Shown: positions 22,424-32,354 of the stretch, one piece after another | Position numbering within the stretch: position 1 is the first letter of the stretch | Layout of the letters: the number at the start of each line of letters is the position of its first letter | Assembly (NCBI GenBank): GCA_038143065.1 | Contig: JAYQLI010000035.1 | Location: 896,001-960,000, forward strand | DNA length: 64,000 nucleotides | Reading direction: 5' to 3' | Origin: Rhodospirillales bacterium | Lineage (GTDB): Bacteria; Pseudomonadota; Alphaproteobacteria; Bin95 | Notes under the pieces: generated by a model | What the model was told of the DNA's origin: nothing | What the model saw: only the letters and a program-made list of their open reading frames with translations | The model's database searches: none | Program-made: the position numbers and the translations under genes

Positions 22424-22640
22424 ATGGGAAAATTACGGCCCGAAACACCTCAGAAACGGACCAAGCCGGGTCGACCTTCTGCGGAGAAGCTCTACGAACG
22501 TCTTGTTCACCTGTTCACAGCTATCGACTACAAGTATCTGGTGGCGTCTTTTCTGCCGATGAAAGAGCGTTGCATTCAAGCTGTTCACCAGGCACTCGGA
22601 GAGCTCCAGAAACAGGGAAAACTAATTTACAAAGTGCTTC
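22424..22640 (+). pseudogene. Degraded GntR-family winged-HTH remnant
   Basis: KLYERL..L..AI....LV...LP......AVHQALGELQKQG.LIY resembles a GntR HTH with an internal deletion. No effector domain follows. Confidence 0.4.
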
Positions 22641-22648
22641 CGCTTAAT

Positions 22649-24963
22649 TTATTCCGCTGCTATTGCTGGCGCAGATCGCACCGAAATTTCAGGAAGGGTG
22701 CCTCTAAATTTCTCAACTTCGACTAATGCAGAGTGGGCCGATGTCCCCTGACCAAGTTGAGACGTACCTTCGTCCCGCGTGAGCACGTTGGGATTCCCAT
22801 GCTTTTCTAGAGCGGATGCAGGCCTCAATGGATCTGCCGGATCAAACCATGCCCCTGTTGGAAATTGGATAACGCTGGGCATTACGACATCGGATACAAT
22901 TACCCCAGCTAGAGTTTGGCCCCTGTCGTTAAAAACCCGCGCAATATCGCCGTCTTCTAATCCTCGTGCTTTTGCATCTATTGGATTAATCCAAATTGGC
23001 TCCCTGCCCTTTATCTTTGACTTCAGGCTCGCTCCGCCCGCATCCATTTGACTGTGCAACCTAGTCTTTGGTTGGTTTGATAGCATATGCAGCGGGAAGC
23101 GCTGTGCGCTTGGAGATCCGAGGTATTCCTTGGGCTCTCGCCATGCAGCGTATCCCGGACAATCCTCATAACCAAATCCAGAAACACGCTCAGAAAATAG
23201 TTCTATTTTTCCAGATGGAGTATTGAGAGAATTTTCTATCGGGTCCAACCTAAAATCAGAATATTGAACAAAGGGCTTAGAAGGTTTGGGTACCTCATAC
23301 CATCCTTGTTCCCAAAAGTCCTGAAAGGATGGCATTTCAATGCCACGCCTGGAAGCTAGCTGACGAGACACATTGTATATGTGTTCTAACCACTCCATTT
23401 CTGAACGACCTTCGGTGAACTGCTCAAGGTATCCCATGCGCTCAGACAGATCTTTGAAAATTTCATGATCTGAACGTGCCTTGCCGACTGGTTCGCTGGC
23501 TTTATGCATTGCAATAATATGCGGGTCTCGGCCACCAGATCCGATATCGTTGCGCTCCAGAGTAGTAGTAGCCGGTAAAACAATGTCTGCATGTCGAACC
23601 GTAGCTGTCCACCAGATATCTTGGACAATTATTGTTTCAGGACGCCTCCACGCTTCCACCAACCGATTTAAGTCTTGATGATGATGAAATGGGTTACCCC
23701 CACACCAATAGATTAATTTTGTGTCAGGATATGTTCTTGTCTCCCCATTAAATTCATATTCCTGACCAGGTTTGAGCAGAAGATCAGCAATCCGTGCAAC
23801 AGGGATCCAACTATCCGCCCTATTGATACCAGCTGGCATAGTAGGTGAAGGTACTCTCTCCCGTGGAGCACCCATTCCACCTACTGAGCCCATACCAAAA
23901 GCAAAGCCTCCACCAGTCTTACCAATTTGACCAAGCATGGCCGCTAAGCTAATCATTGCCCAGTATGGCTGCTCTCCGTGATCCGCCCTTTGAAGCCCCC
24001 ATGCCATATTCAAAAAGGTGCGTACACTTGCCATTTCAGTAGCTAGAGAACGAATTTTTTCTTCTGAAATCCCCGTGATCTTAGATGCCCATTCAGGGGT
24101 CTTTGCTACACCGTCATCTTCCCCCATCAAATGTGTCCGCAGGCGCTCAAAGCCAACACAGTAGCTTTCCAAAAACCCAATATCTGCTTGGCCTGCCTCT
24201 ATCAGGACATATGCCATAGCAAGGATGAGTGCTGTATCCGTGTTAGGACGGATAGGAATCCATTCTGAATTAGCCGCGCCTTCTAAATCTTCTCGAAGGG
24301 TGAAATATTAACAAAACGTATACCATTGGCAGTTGCTTGATTTAAAAAATTTGCCATCCGGTGAGTGCCGTTACCGCCGGCGTCAACTTGTGCATTTTTA
24401 AGGGGCATGCCCCCAAAACAAACAACCAACTTGGTCTCTGCAAGAATACCATCCCAATCACTTACTGGACCTTGAGCAGCTTCTGCTGTCCCCAAAATGT
24501 GAGGTAAAACTGCTAGTGCAGCGGCATAACTGTAGTTGTGCAGTTGCCCGGTAAAACCACCATGTAGGTTCATAAAGCGCTGCATTTGCGTTTTTGCATG
24601 GTGGAAGCGACCTGCAGATGACCAACCATAGGAACCTGCGAAAATCGACTCATTTCCGTGTTCAGCTTTAACTCTTTTCAATTCGGCGGCCACGCACTCT
24701 AATGCCCTATCCCAGGAGACTGGCACAAATGGTTCAGTACCACGTAACTCTGGCTTTGCTCCTGGACCGTGAAGAGCAACACTTTTTCGCATATAAGGTT
24801 CCGAAATTCGTGTTTCGGAATAAAGCATTGCTGGAATTGCGTCTAAAATTTGAGAAGGTGATGTATCCTGCTCAAAAGGCTTGACGCCAACCACACGGCC
24901 ATCTGAAACTTCTGCTCTAAACGCTCCCCAATGGGATCCATGCATTACGCCATTATCAGGCAT
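22649..24963 (-). CDS. Mo-bisPGD S/N-oxide reductase, BisC/TorZ/DorA-like (frameshift near 24285)
   Basis: HGSHWGAF, GSYGWSSAGRFHHA, NYSYAAA (Ser ligand), GGNPFHHHQDLN, RLHSQ, HGNPNVLT.D.GTS.LGQG. No Tat signal. Confidence 0.93.
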
Positions 24964-25041
24964 ACGGGTGTTTCCTCGAAATGTCTTGCCTCTTAGGGCA
25001 TTATTATAACGTTTAATCGTTCGAATCGAAATGAGAGATCC

Positions 25042-25842
25042 ATGACTTTAACTGCTCTAATTACTGGCGGCGCCGGCGGTTTAGCCCAAGCTATGATAGA
25101 TGCCCTTATTGAAGACGGTGTAACCTGCGTAGCTGCTGATCGTGACCCTAAAGCATTAGAGCACCTGAAGTCAGAGAGACCCGGGGTTCTAACGACTGTG
25201 GCTGACGTAGCGGATAGTGCTGCCTGCGCAGGGGCAGTTGCTCATGCTGTTAATGAAACTGGACAGTTGGACCTCCTAATCAACAATGCTGGGATTGGTA
25301 TGTCGAGCCTTCGTGGAGACGCCGAGACGAAATTGCCCGATTTTGACGAGCTGTCAGATGAGGTTTGGGATCGCTTTTTCACAATCAATGTTCGTGGCGC
25401 TCTCGCTATGACACGGGCTGCGTTTCCATATTTAAGAAAGAGTCCTCGTGGGCAAGTTATTAATGTCACCACGAGCTATTTCACAATGCATCGAGTTGCG
25501 CCTTACGGTCCTACGAAAGCGGCTATGGAGAGTATGACAGCAATTTTTGCAAAACAGTTTGCGCAAGATGGGGTTACATTTAACGTTTTAGTACCTGGTG
25601 GAGCAACGGATACACCTTTTGTCACTGATGCCTCAGGCTTTGATCGCTCAAAACTCCTAAAACCTGCGGTTATGGCCCCACCTATCCGTTGGCTCGCATC
25701 TCGCGCACCAAGAAATTTTACAGGAATGCGGATTGCCGGACAGGACTGGGAAAAGGCTCTCCCGGAGACTGAAGCTGCAGCCAAAGCAGCACGACCTGCA
25801 GGATGGCCTGAATTGGCACCAAAACCCGCTTGGGCAGATTAG
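25042..25842 (+). CDS. SDR family oxidoreductase
   Basis: TGGAGGLA, NNAGIG, YGPTK. Confidence 0.9.
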   Translation: MTLTALITGGAGGLAQAMIDALIEDGVTCVAADRDPKALEHLKSERPGVLTTVADVADSAACAGAVAHAVNETGQLDLLINNAGIGMSSLRGDAETKLPDFDELSDEVWDRFFTINVRGALAMTRAAFPYLRKSPRGQVINVTTSYFTMHRVAPYGPTKAAMESMTAIFAKQFAQDGVTFNVLVPGGATDTPFVTDASGFDRSKLLKPAVMAPPIRWLASRAPRNFTGMRIAGQDWEKALPETEAAAKAARPAGWPELAPKPAWAD

Positions 25843-25847
25843 TTGTT

Positions 25848-26022
25848 TTAGTGAGCGTGAGCCCCTCTCACCACTCAGAACAAATTGCCGCCCGCAATAT
25901 GGACAATCGATTTCCGACTTGCTGCCCATCTCTAAATAAATTTTTGGGTGCCCAAGGGCTCCACCGCCTCCATCGCAAACCGCGCTGGTCTTATCGACTT
26001 TGATAATCTCTGGCTGTTCCAT
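25848..26022 (-). CDS. Zinc-finger (zf-CHCC / NDUFS6-like) small protein
   Basis: MEQPEII.V....AVCDGGGGALGHPKIYLEM......CPYCGRQF. The tail is probably shifted to ...GAHAH*. Confidence 0.85.
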
Positions 26023-26230
26023 AGAATAACTCCGGCGGCAAATGACTCGTTTGACTGGATCATAAGCGCGGCTGAAAATCAGGCAAGATCTAGAGTACAA
26101 CTCTGTTTCCAGATTAATCGTCGCCCCTATGGTCAAATAATGGCAGCAGTTTTCAAACCGGTTAGAATTGATACTGGCCTCAATCAGAGCAATCCAAGTA
26201 TCCTGCCCATGCACAAGGGGACAATAGTAA

Positions 26231-27268
26231 ATGTTAAGTTCAGAAGACGGTAAAATCGTGCCTGAGCAACCAATCCAAGATCAATCTCTCTGGGTCGGAG
26301 ATGATTTTAATGCGAACAATGATTGGAAGATGCCCATTCCACTTGATGTCGTTGCAGATATTGAAGTAGCCCTACCAGGGCTAAAACAAAAATCTTTACA
26401 TCCTAGAGATATTCGCCCCGAGCATTTTCCCCTGCCCAATTCAAAATCATTTTTAAATAGCGTTAATCAGGCAATTGAGGTTGGACCTGGTTTTGCTCTA
26501 CTCACTGGGTTTCCCACGCAGCAATTAGGAGCAGCTGACGCCAGCATCGCTTATCAGGGTTTCATGAGCCATTTTGGAAATATAGCAATCCAAAATCGAA
26601 TAGGTGAATACGTTGTAGAGGTTTCCAACAAAGGTCGAGGACTTGGTCCTCAAGCCAGGGGACATTACGGCAATGCTGAACTCAACTTTCACGCAGATGG
26701 CGGCAACGCAGTATCTCTTCTTTGTTTGGAAACTGCTCCAAAAGGCGGTCAGAGCCTTCTGATTGGAGCAGCCGCAGTTTACAACGCCATTCTTAGAGAA
26801 CGGCCAGATATATTGCCGATTTTGGAAAGAGGTTTTTATCATCATCGTCGCGATGAAAGAGAAGAGCATGATCCTAAGGTAACTCCCTGGCGCACGCCGG
26901 TCTTCGCTTACTACGATGACCGCTTACACTTAATCTATACACGTATCTCCATCGATTACTGTGAGGCGGAGGGCGTTGAGATAACCCCTACGGAAAAGGA
27001 TGCACTGGATTTTCTGGACAGTGTACTCTCCCGGCCAGAGTTACAAGTTTCTATGGATCTTGCTCCAGGAGACTTACAGATTGTTAATAATTTTCTCTGT
27101 TTACACGCCCGAACTTCTTACCAAGATTCTGAAAGTCAAAAGCGACGATTGATAAGGCTCTGGCTAGACAACGAAAACAGCTTACGAAATGGCCCAGGAA
27201 AAATGGACTGGTACATGCCGGAACATTCAAGATTTTTGAGAGAACGAAGATCATTATTAACAGAATAA
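26231..27268 (+). CDS. TauD/TfdA family 2OG-Fe(II) dioxygenase
   Basis: FHAD (HxD), LLCLE.A.KGG.S, NNF.CLHART.YQD, R.LIRLWL. Confidence 0.9.
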   Translation: MLSSEDGKIVPEQPIQDQSLWVGDDFNANNDWKMPIPLDVVADIEVALPGLKQKSLHPRDIRPEHFPLPNSKSFLNSVNQAIEVGPGFALLTGFPTQQLGAADASIAYQGFMSHFGNIAIQNRIGEYVVEVSNKGRGLGPQARGHYGNAELNFHADGGNAVSLLCLETAPKGGQSLLIGAAAVYNAILRERPDILPILERGFYHHRRDEREEHDPKVTPWRTPVFAYYDDRLHLIYTRISIDYCEAEGVEITPTEKDALDFLDSVLSRPELQVSMDLAPGDLQIVNNFLCLHARTSYQDSESQKRRLIRLWLDNENSLRNGPGKMDWYMPEHSRFLRERRSLLTE

Positions 27269-27420
27269 TGGACTCTGTATTAATCTAGCCGTGCTTTACC
27301 TGATTAAATCGATAGGCCCTGCAGAGCTTAGAAATTTTCGATGGCCCAACTCGTGCATTAGCAAATAACCACAATTTGAATCTTTATAACCAGCGCTTCC
27401 AATTGCTCAAACGTCTGAAA

Positions 27421-28356
27421 TCAGTAGCTGCCTTTAGCTCGCCGTCCAACCTGAAGTTTTGGGCGTGTTTTCCCAAAGTTTTGATGTAGTCGAGCCCCTT
27501 GGCTTTTGATTTTCGAAGAACTGGCTACTAACTTTAGCCTGCTGGCCAGTTTATCGAAGTGAGCCTCCATTTCTGCTTTATCAACCGGAATTGGCTCCCG
27601 AAAAGAGGGTCTGCTACAGCCTGGTCCATTACTAAATTAATGAAATCCAACCCTTTTGGCTCACTAACTGCAATAGAAATATGAATTGATGGCCCTTCTG
27701 TGGCTAACGCATCATGAAACCGACCACGAGGTAGATAGAGTAGGTCTCCTACATTCATTACAAACTCGCGCGCAACATTGCCCTTTAACCTTGTAAGTTG
27801 CTCTTTTGACTCTCCCTGAACAGCGGATGGAGGACAGGTTTATCAATCTGCCCGTCGTATATCCGCCAGCGTTTTGACCCCAGGGTTTGTAAAACATACA
27901 CATCAGTTTTGTCGTAGTGACTGTCAAAAGCTTGATGATTTTTCTGTGAAACATAGATGTTGGCAGTAACTTTAGAGTTTAGTTCAGACGTAATAGCGTC
28001 GGTGACAGAACGTATTTGCGGAAGTAAAGATTCCACTTCATTCAAAACTAATGATGCTCACGCCCAAGATGCTGCCCAACCATTTCGAATACAGGAATAA
28101 GCTGTTGCAAACCTGTGCGATCAACAGCTTGTCGACAATATACCTGCGGAGGAACTGGCTTTGTGTCCTGCACTAACAAAAGATTTTGGTGATTCCAAAC
28201 TTCCATGTTGAGTAATTGGGAGATGTCATCCCAATCAACTAAGCCGGCCCCTCCTGTACTATTTTCTAAATGCAACCATTCTTTACCCTGAACATCTGCC
28301 AAGAATTTTGTTTTGGAAAAGGATCCCAAAAGTTTATCAAACGTTTGGATTGACAT
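27421..28356 (-). CDS. JmjC/cupin-4 domain 2OG oxygenase (several frameshifts)
   Basis: Fragments 28048-28356, 27785-28045 and 27534-27758 join. Motifs ANIYVS, AFDSHYD, QTLGSKRWRIY, GDLLYLPRGRFHDA, SIHIS. Confidence 0.82.
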
Positions 28357-28644
28357 ATCATCCTCTCCTTTCTCTGCCTTTAATGAACCAACTATTAAGT
28401 GGAGATTGGGTTTTCCACTCTTTCAGTTAGCCAAACCTTAAAGGTTATCACCTTGGAGCATGGTCATTGTTCTTAAATAGTCTCGGATAAACCTTCTGTT
28501 GGGGTAGACAGAGTTCAACTAAAAACCGCTAATAATATCAAAGCCTATGAAACTATAAATAATTTTTATTTAAAATCAATATTTTACCATGCGTTCGAAT
28601 TTTTCAATGATCCGGACTTAGTGGCAATGCGTACATAAATATGA

Positions 28645-28732
28645 TCACTTTGATCAATGCTAACGCTCGAGAAAACTTTCTTGCTAAGGCATTTCCCCCT
28701 TATTCAGCCCGGTCCTGTGCCGGGCTTTTTTT
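28645..28732 (+). ncRNA. Candidate trans-acting sRNA
   Basis: Stem-loop, then single-stranded TTTCCCCCTTATTC, then an intrinsic terminator, with no ORF upstream on this strand. The 5' end is uncertain. Confidence 0.45.
28706..28732 (+). terminator. Rho-independent terminator
   Basis: AGCCCGG-TCCTGTG-CCGGGCT followed by a T run. Confidence 0.8.
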
Positions 28733-28919
28733 GAGGTGTTGTGCTGCAAAATCGTCGGTAACATCTCGATCAATATTTTTATACGTCAATTGATTTCTTA
28801 CAAACCACTACATTCGGCTTATAAACTCACCCAGGGTGCTTTTTCCCAAAATCTACGCCGCCTTATTAAACTATGCCGTGTTTTCTTTCACCGACGTAAT
28901 GTAATGGAGGTTAATTTCC

Positions 28920-29411
28920 ATGTCAGAAATCCGCTTTGGACGAGCCACCAACGGTTTAGGAAAATCTAGCATCAAGGTCTCAGATAAAGGTTTGGTTCCT
29001 GTGAGCCTGCTCTGTTTCTTCTTTGGTTTTCTAGGGTTCCATCGCTTTTACGTTGGGAAGCACTTAACTGGCGTCTTAATGCTTGTAACATTGGGTGGCT
29101 TGGGTATCTGGCAAATAATCGATTTCGTCAGGATTAGTATTGGGGTATTCAATGATAAGGATGATCTTCCTCTTAAGCAAAATCCGCCTTCTACCTCTGA
29201 GGTTTCAGAAAAAAGTAAAACCCCAGCAATTCTTCTTTGTTTTTTTCTAGGCTTCCTTGGTTTCCACCGGTTTTACGTAGGGAAAATTCTAACTGGTATT
29301 TTGATGTTAGTTACACTTGGTGGGCTTGGGATTTGGCAATTAATTGACTTAATTACTATCATTCTAGGGGCTTTTAAGGACAAAGAAGGCCTAACTCTTA
29401 AAAATCAGTAG
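28920..29411 (+). CDS. Tandem TM2 (NINE) domain membrane protein
   Basis: Two copies of LLCFF.GFLGFHRFYVGK.LTG.LMLVTLGGLGIWQ.ID. Confidence 0.9.
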   Translation: MSEIRFGRATNGLGKSSIKVSDKGLVPVSLLCFFFGFLGFHRFYVGKHLTGVLMLVTLGGLGIWQIIDFVRISIGVFNDKDDLPLKQNPPSTSEVSEKSKTPAILLCFFLGFLGFHRFYVGKILTGILMLVTLGGLGIWQLIDLITIILGAFKDKEGLTLKNQ

Positions 29412-29425
29412 GTCTCAAAATTTAA

Positions 29426-29731
29426 ATGCGCCTAAAAATTAGTGATGAAACATCAATTTCGAAAAAAAATTATGGCGTCGCGGTAACTCTTTGCGGAATT
29501 TTTGGAACGTTAGGCGTTCATCACTTTTACATAAGAAATTGGCTTCATGGGCTATTTGATTTAGCTCTTTTCATAGCTTTTATTATTCTGATCATAAATG
29601 GTTCTATAGGCCTGGGCTTGTTAGTTCTCTGTGTGGATATACTTCATACATTGTTGGTTTTTTACAAACTTATTATTGGCAATCAGCACGATGGTCATGG
29701 CCGTTTAATCACTTGGAGCAGTAGTACCTAA
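29426..29731 (+). CDS. TM2 domain membrane protein
   Basis: SKKNY.VAV.LC.IFG.LGVHHFY. Confidence 0.85.
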   Translation: MRLKISDETSISKKNYGVAVTLCGIFGTLGVHHFYIRNWLHGLFDLALFIAFIILIINGSIGLGLLVLCVDILHTLLVFYKLIIGNQHDGHGRLITWSSST

Positions 29732-30000
29732 AATCTTGAAAAACTTATAAAGAGAAAAGTTACACGTTCGAGAGGTTGCCAATCTTGTTAAGCTAATATT
29801 GGAATAATCAAAAAAAACTAAATTCATAGTGTTCTAATATAAATAAAAAAGAACAAGTATCGATATAAATTTCCATTTATATTGCTTGTTTTAGATTTGT
29901 GTAAGCCTTAAATATACGAGAGAGTGTTATAAAAATAATAAAAACTCTTTCAGGGAACTACGCGAACTTCATCGCGAAATCCAAAAAGGATAAGCCATCT

Positions 30001-31091
30001 ATGAATGTTAAAACAATTTCTGCTTTGGCAGTTGTAGCGATTGTAGCTGCTTTCATCGGCTACTCGTTAAATTCTGGCGGACCAAAGAGAGTCAGCCAGT
30101 CGCAAGTGCTCCAGCACCTGCAGCGACTTCAGAAAAGTCAGCCACCCTTGATGATGTCAAGGCCGCTGGCGAGCTTAAGTGCGGTATTAACACAGGTTTA
30201 CCCGGATTTGCATTTACTGACGACAATGGGAAATGGGCAGGCTTTGATGTTGCATATTGTCGTGCTCTAGCTGCAGCCGTTCTTGGAGACCCAGATAAGG
30301 TCAAATATGTAAATCTTACTGGCAAAAACCGTTTTCCAGCTCTAGCTTCAGGCGAAGTGGATGTACTGTCACGCAATACAACCTGGACTCTTTCCCGTGA
30401 CGCTGATTTGGGATTCACGTTTCTCGGCGTTAGTTATTACGACGGACAGGGCTTTATCGGTCGGGTATCCCTTGGCGCAAAAAGTGCTAAAGATCTCGAT
30501 GGAGCGTCGGTATGTATTCAAACAGGCACCACAACAGAGTTAAATCTGGCTGACTTCTTCCGCGTCAATAATATCAAATATGAGCCAGTGCCAATCGAAA
30601 CTAATGAAGAGGCCCGCAAAGCTTATGAGGCAGAACGTTGCGATGTTTACACAACAGATGCTTCGGGGCTTGCAGCAACCAGATCTACTTTTGCAGAGCC
30701 AGCAAAACATATGGTTTTCCCCGAGATTGTATCAAAAGAACCTCTTGGACCTCTCGTACGTCAAGGCGATGACAAATGGGCGGATGTTGGTCGTTGGGTC
30801 CTCAATACCCTGATCAACGCCGAGGAGCTTGGTATAACTCAGGCAAATGTTGATGAACTTGCAAAAGGCACCAACAACCCAGAAATCAACCGTATCCTAG
30901 GATCCGAAGGCTCCCTCGCTGGCATGCTTGGTTTAGAAAAAGATTGGGCAATTAATGCTATTAAGGCCGGCGGAAATTACGGAGAAATCTTTGAAAAGTA
31001 CCTTGGAGTGAACACTCCACTGGCAATAGCCCGAGGAATAAACGCACAATGGAAGGAAGGCGGTTTAATTTACGCGCCTCCAATGCGATAA
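30001..31091 (+). CDS. aapJ: General L-amino acid ABC transporter substrate-binding protein (frameshift near 30090)
   Basis: LKCGINTGLPGF, GFDVAYCRA, DVLSRNTTWT.SRD, SKEPLGP.VRQGD, GNYGEIF, GGLIYAPPMR. Confidence 0.93.
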
Positions 31092-31103
31092 CTTAGCACT
31101 TAT

Positions 31104-31137
31104 GGCCCGTGGATTCTAATCCACGGGCCTTTTTTTT
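31104..31137 (+). terminator. Intercistronic stem-loop/terminator after aapJ
   Basis: GGCCCGTGGAT-TCTA-ATCCACGGGCC followed by T8. Confidence 0.85.
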
Positions 31138-31157
31138 ATGTATTCGGATTAAACTCG

Positions 31158-32350
31158 TTGGCTTTTCAGACAAAAAATAATCCCCAGTATAGCCTAGATA
31201 TGCGCCGGCTAATGACAGACGAACGCAGCCGAGGAATTATCTTACAAGTACTAGTTTTGTTAGCTGTTCTTTCATTTATAGCCTTCATTACCTCCAACAC
31301 CATTGCTAATCTTCAGCGCGTAGGACTTGCGTCTGGATTTGGTTTTCTTACTGACACTGCATTCTTTGACATTAACCAAAGACTTATCGAGTACACTTCT
31401 CAATCAACATTTGGCCGAGCATTAGTTGTTGGATTACTCAATACAGTTTTAGTGTCAGCGCTGGGCATAATTACAGCTACTATTTTAGGCTTTATTGGCG
31501 GAGTACTGCGTCTCTCAGATAATTGGATTGTAAGCCGCCTGGTAACTGCTTGGGTTGAGTTCACACCCGTAATGTTCCGCTTCTTCTTCAAATTATTTTT
31601 TGGTGGGCAATACTCACTTCATTGCCAAAAGTCCGGGACAGCATTTCGATTAATGGAATGGCTTTTCTTAACAATCGTGGCTTGCGTACCCCTGCCCCCA
31701 TATTCGAAACGGGGATGGAATGGGTCATTGCAGCGTTCATTTTTGCTGTACTTTTATCTGTTGGAATTGTTCGCTGGGCTCGCAAGCGACAAGACGCGAC
31801 TGGGAAAACATTCCCGACTGCACGAGCGGCAATTTTGTTAATTATAGGTATACCCCTCATTGTTTATTTTGCTCTCGGCCAACCTTTGACTTGGGATATA
31901 CCAGAACGTACCCGCTTTAACTTCCGTGGTGGGTTCAATATTACACCTGAACTTATTGCATTATGGTTTGCCCTCTCCACGTACACCGGAGCCTTTATCT
32001 CAGAAATTGTACGTGCTGGAATTCAATCTGTAAGCCGTGGTCAATCAGAAGCTGCATCAGCTCTTGGACTTAGCAAAAATCAAACCATGCGATTGGTCAT
32101 AATCCCGCAAGCCCTTCGAGTAATTATTCCCCCTCTGACAAGCCAACATCTTAATTTAACCAAGAATTCGTCTCTAGCCATTGCCATTGGCTACCAAGAT
32201 CTCGTTTCTATTGGTGGCACGATACTTAACCAAAGTGGACAGGCTCTAGAGGTAGTTGGCATCTGGATGGCGGTCTACCTCTCTCTAAGTCTGGCAACTT
32301 CAGCATTCATGAACTGGTACAATAAACGTATCGCTTTGGTGGAGCGATAA
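31158..32350 (+). CDS. aapQ: Amino acid ABC transporter permease (frameshift near 31565)
   Basis: GFGFL, GLLNT.LV, EIVRAGI.SV.RGQ.EAA.ALGL, KNSSLAIAIGY. Confidence 0.92.
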
Positions 32351-32354
32351 AACC

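Noticed and set aside
25657-26214. 185-aa ORF as a long zinc-finger protein
   Set aside because: Only 25848-26022 matches the zf-CHCC family. The extensions overlap the SDR gene and the divergent promoter.
28357-28470. Possible precursor peptide or riboswitch upstream of the JmjC gene (MTMLQGDNL*, GTGGA/TCCAC hairpin, AACCTT-A-AAGGTT palindrome)
   Set aside because: The ORF has only 9 codons and no RBS, and the helices are short and match no RNA family I recognise.
28736-28969. 77-aa ORF upstream of the TM2 gene
   Set aside because: No recognisable motif or RBS, and it overlaps the TM2 start; probably a promoter region.
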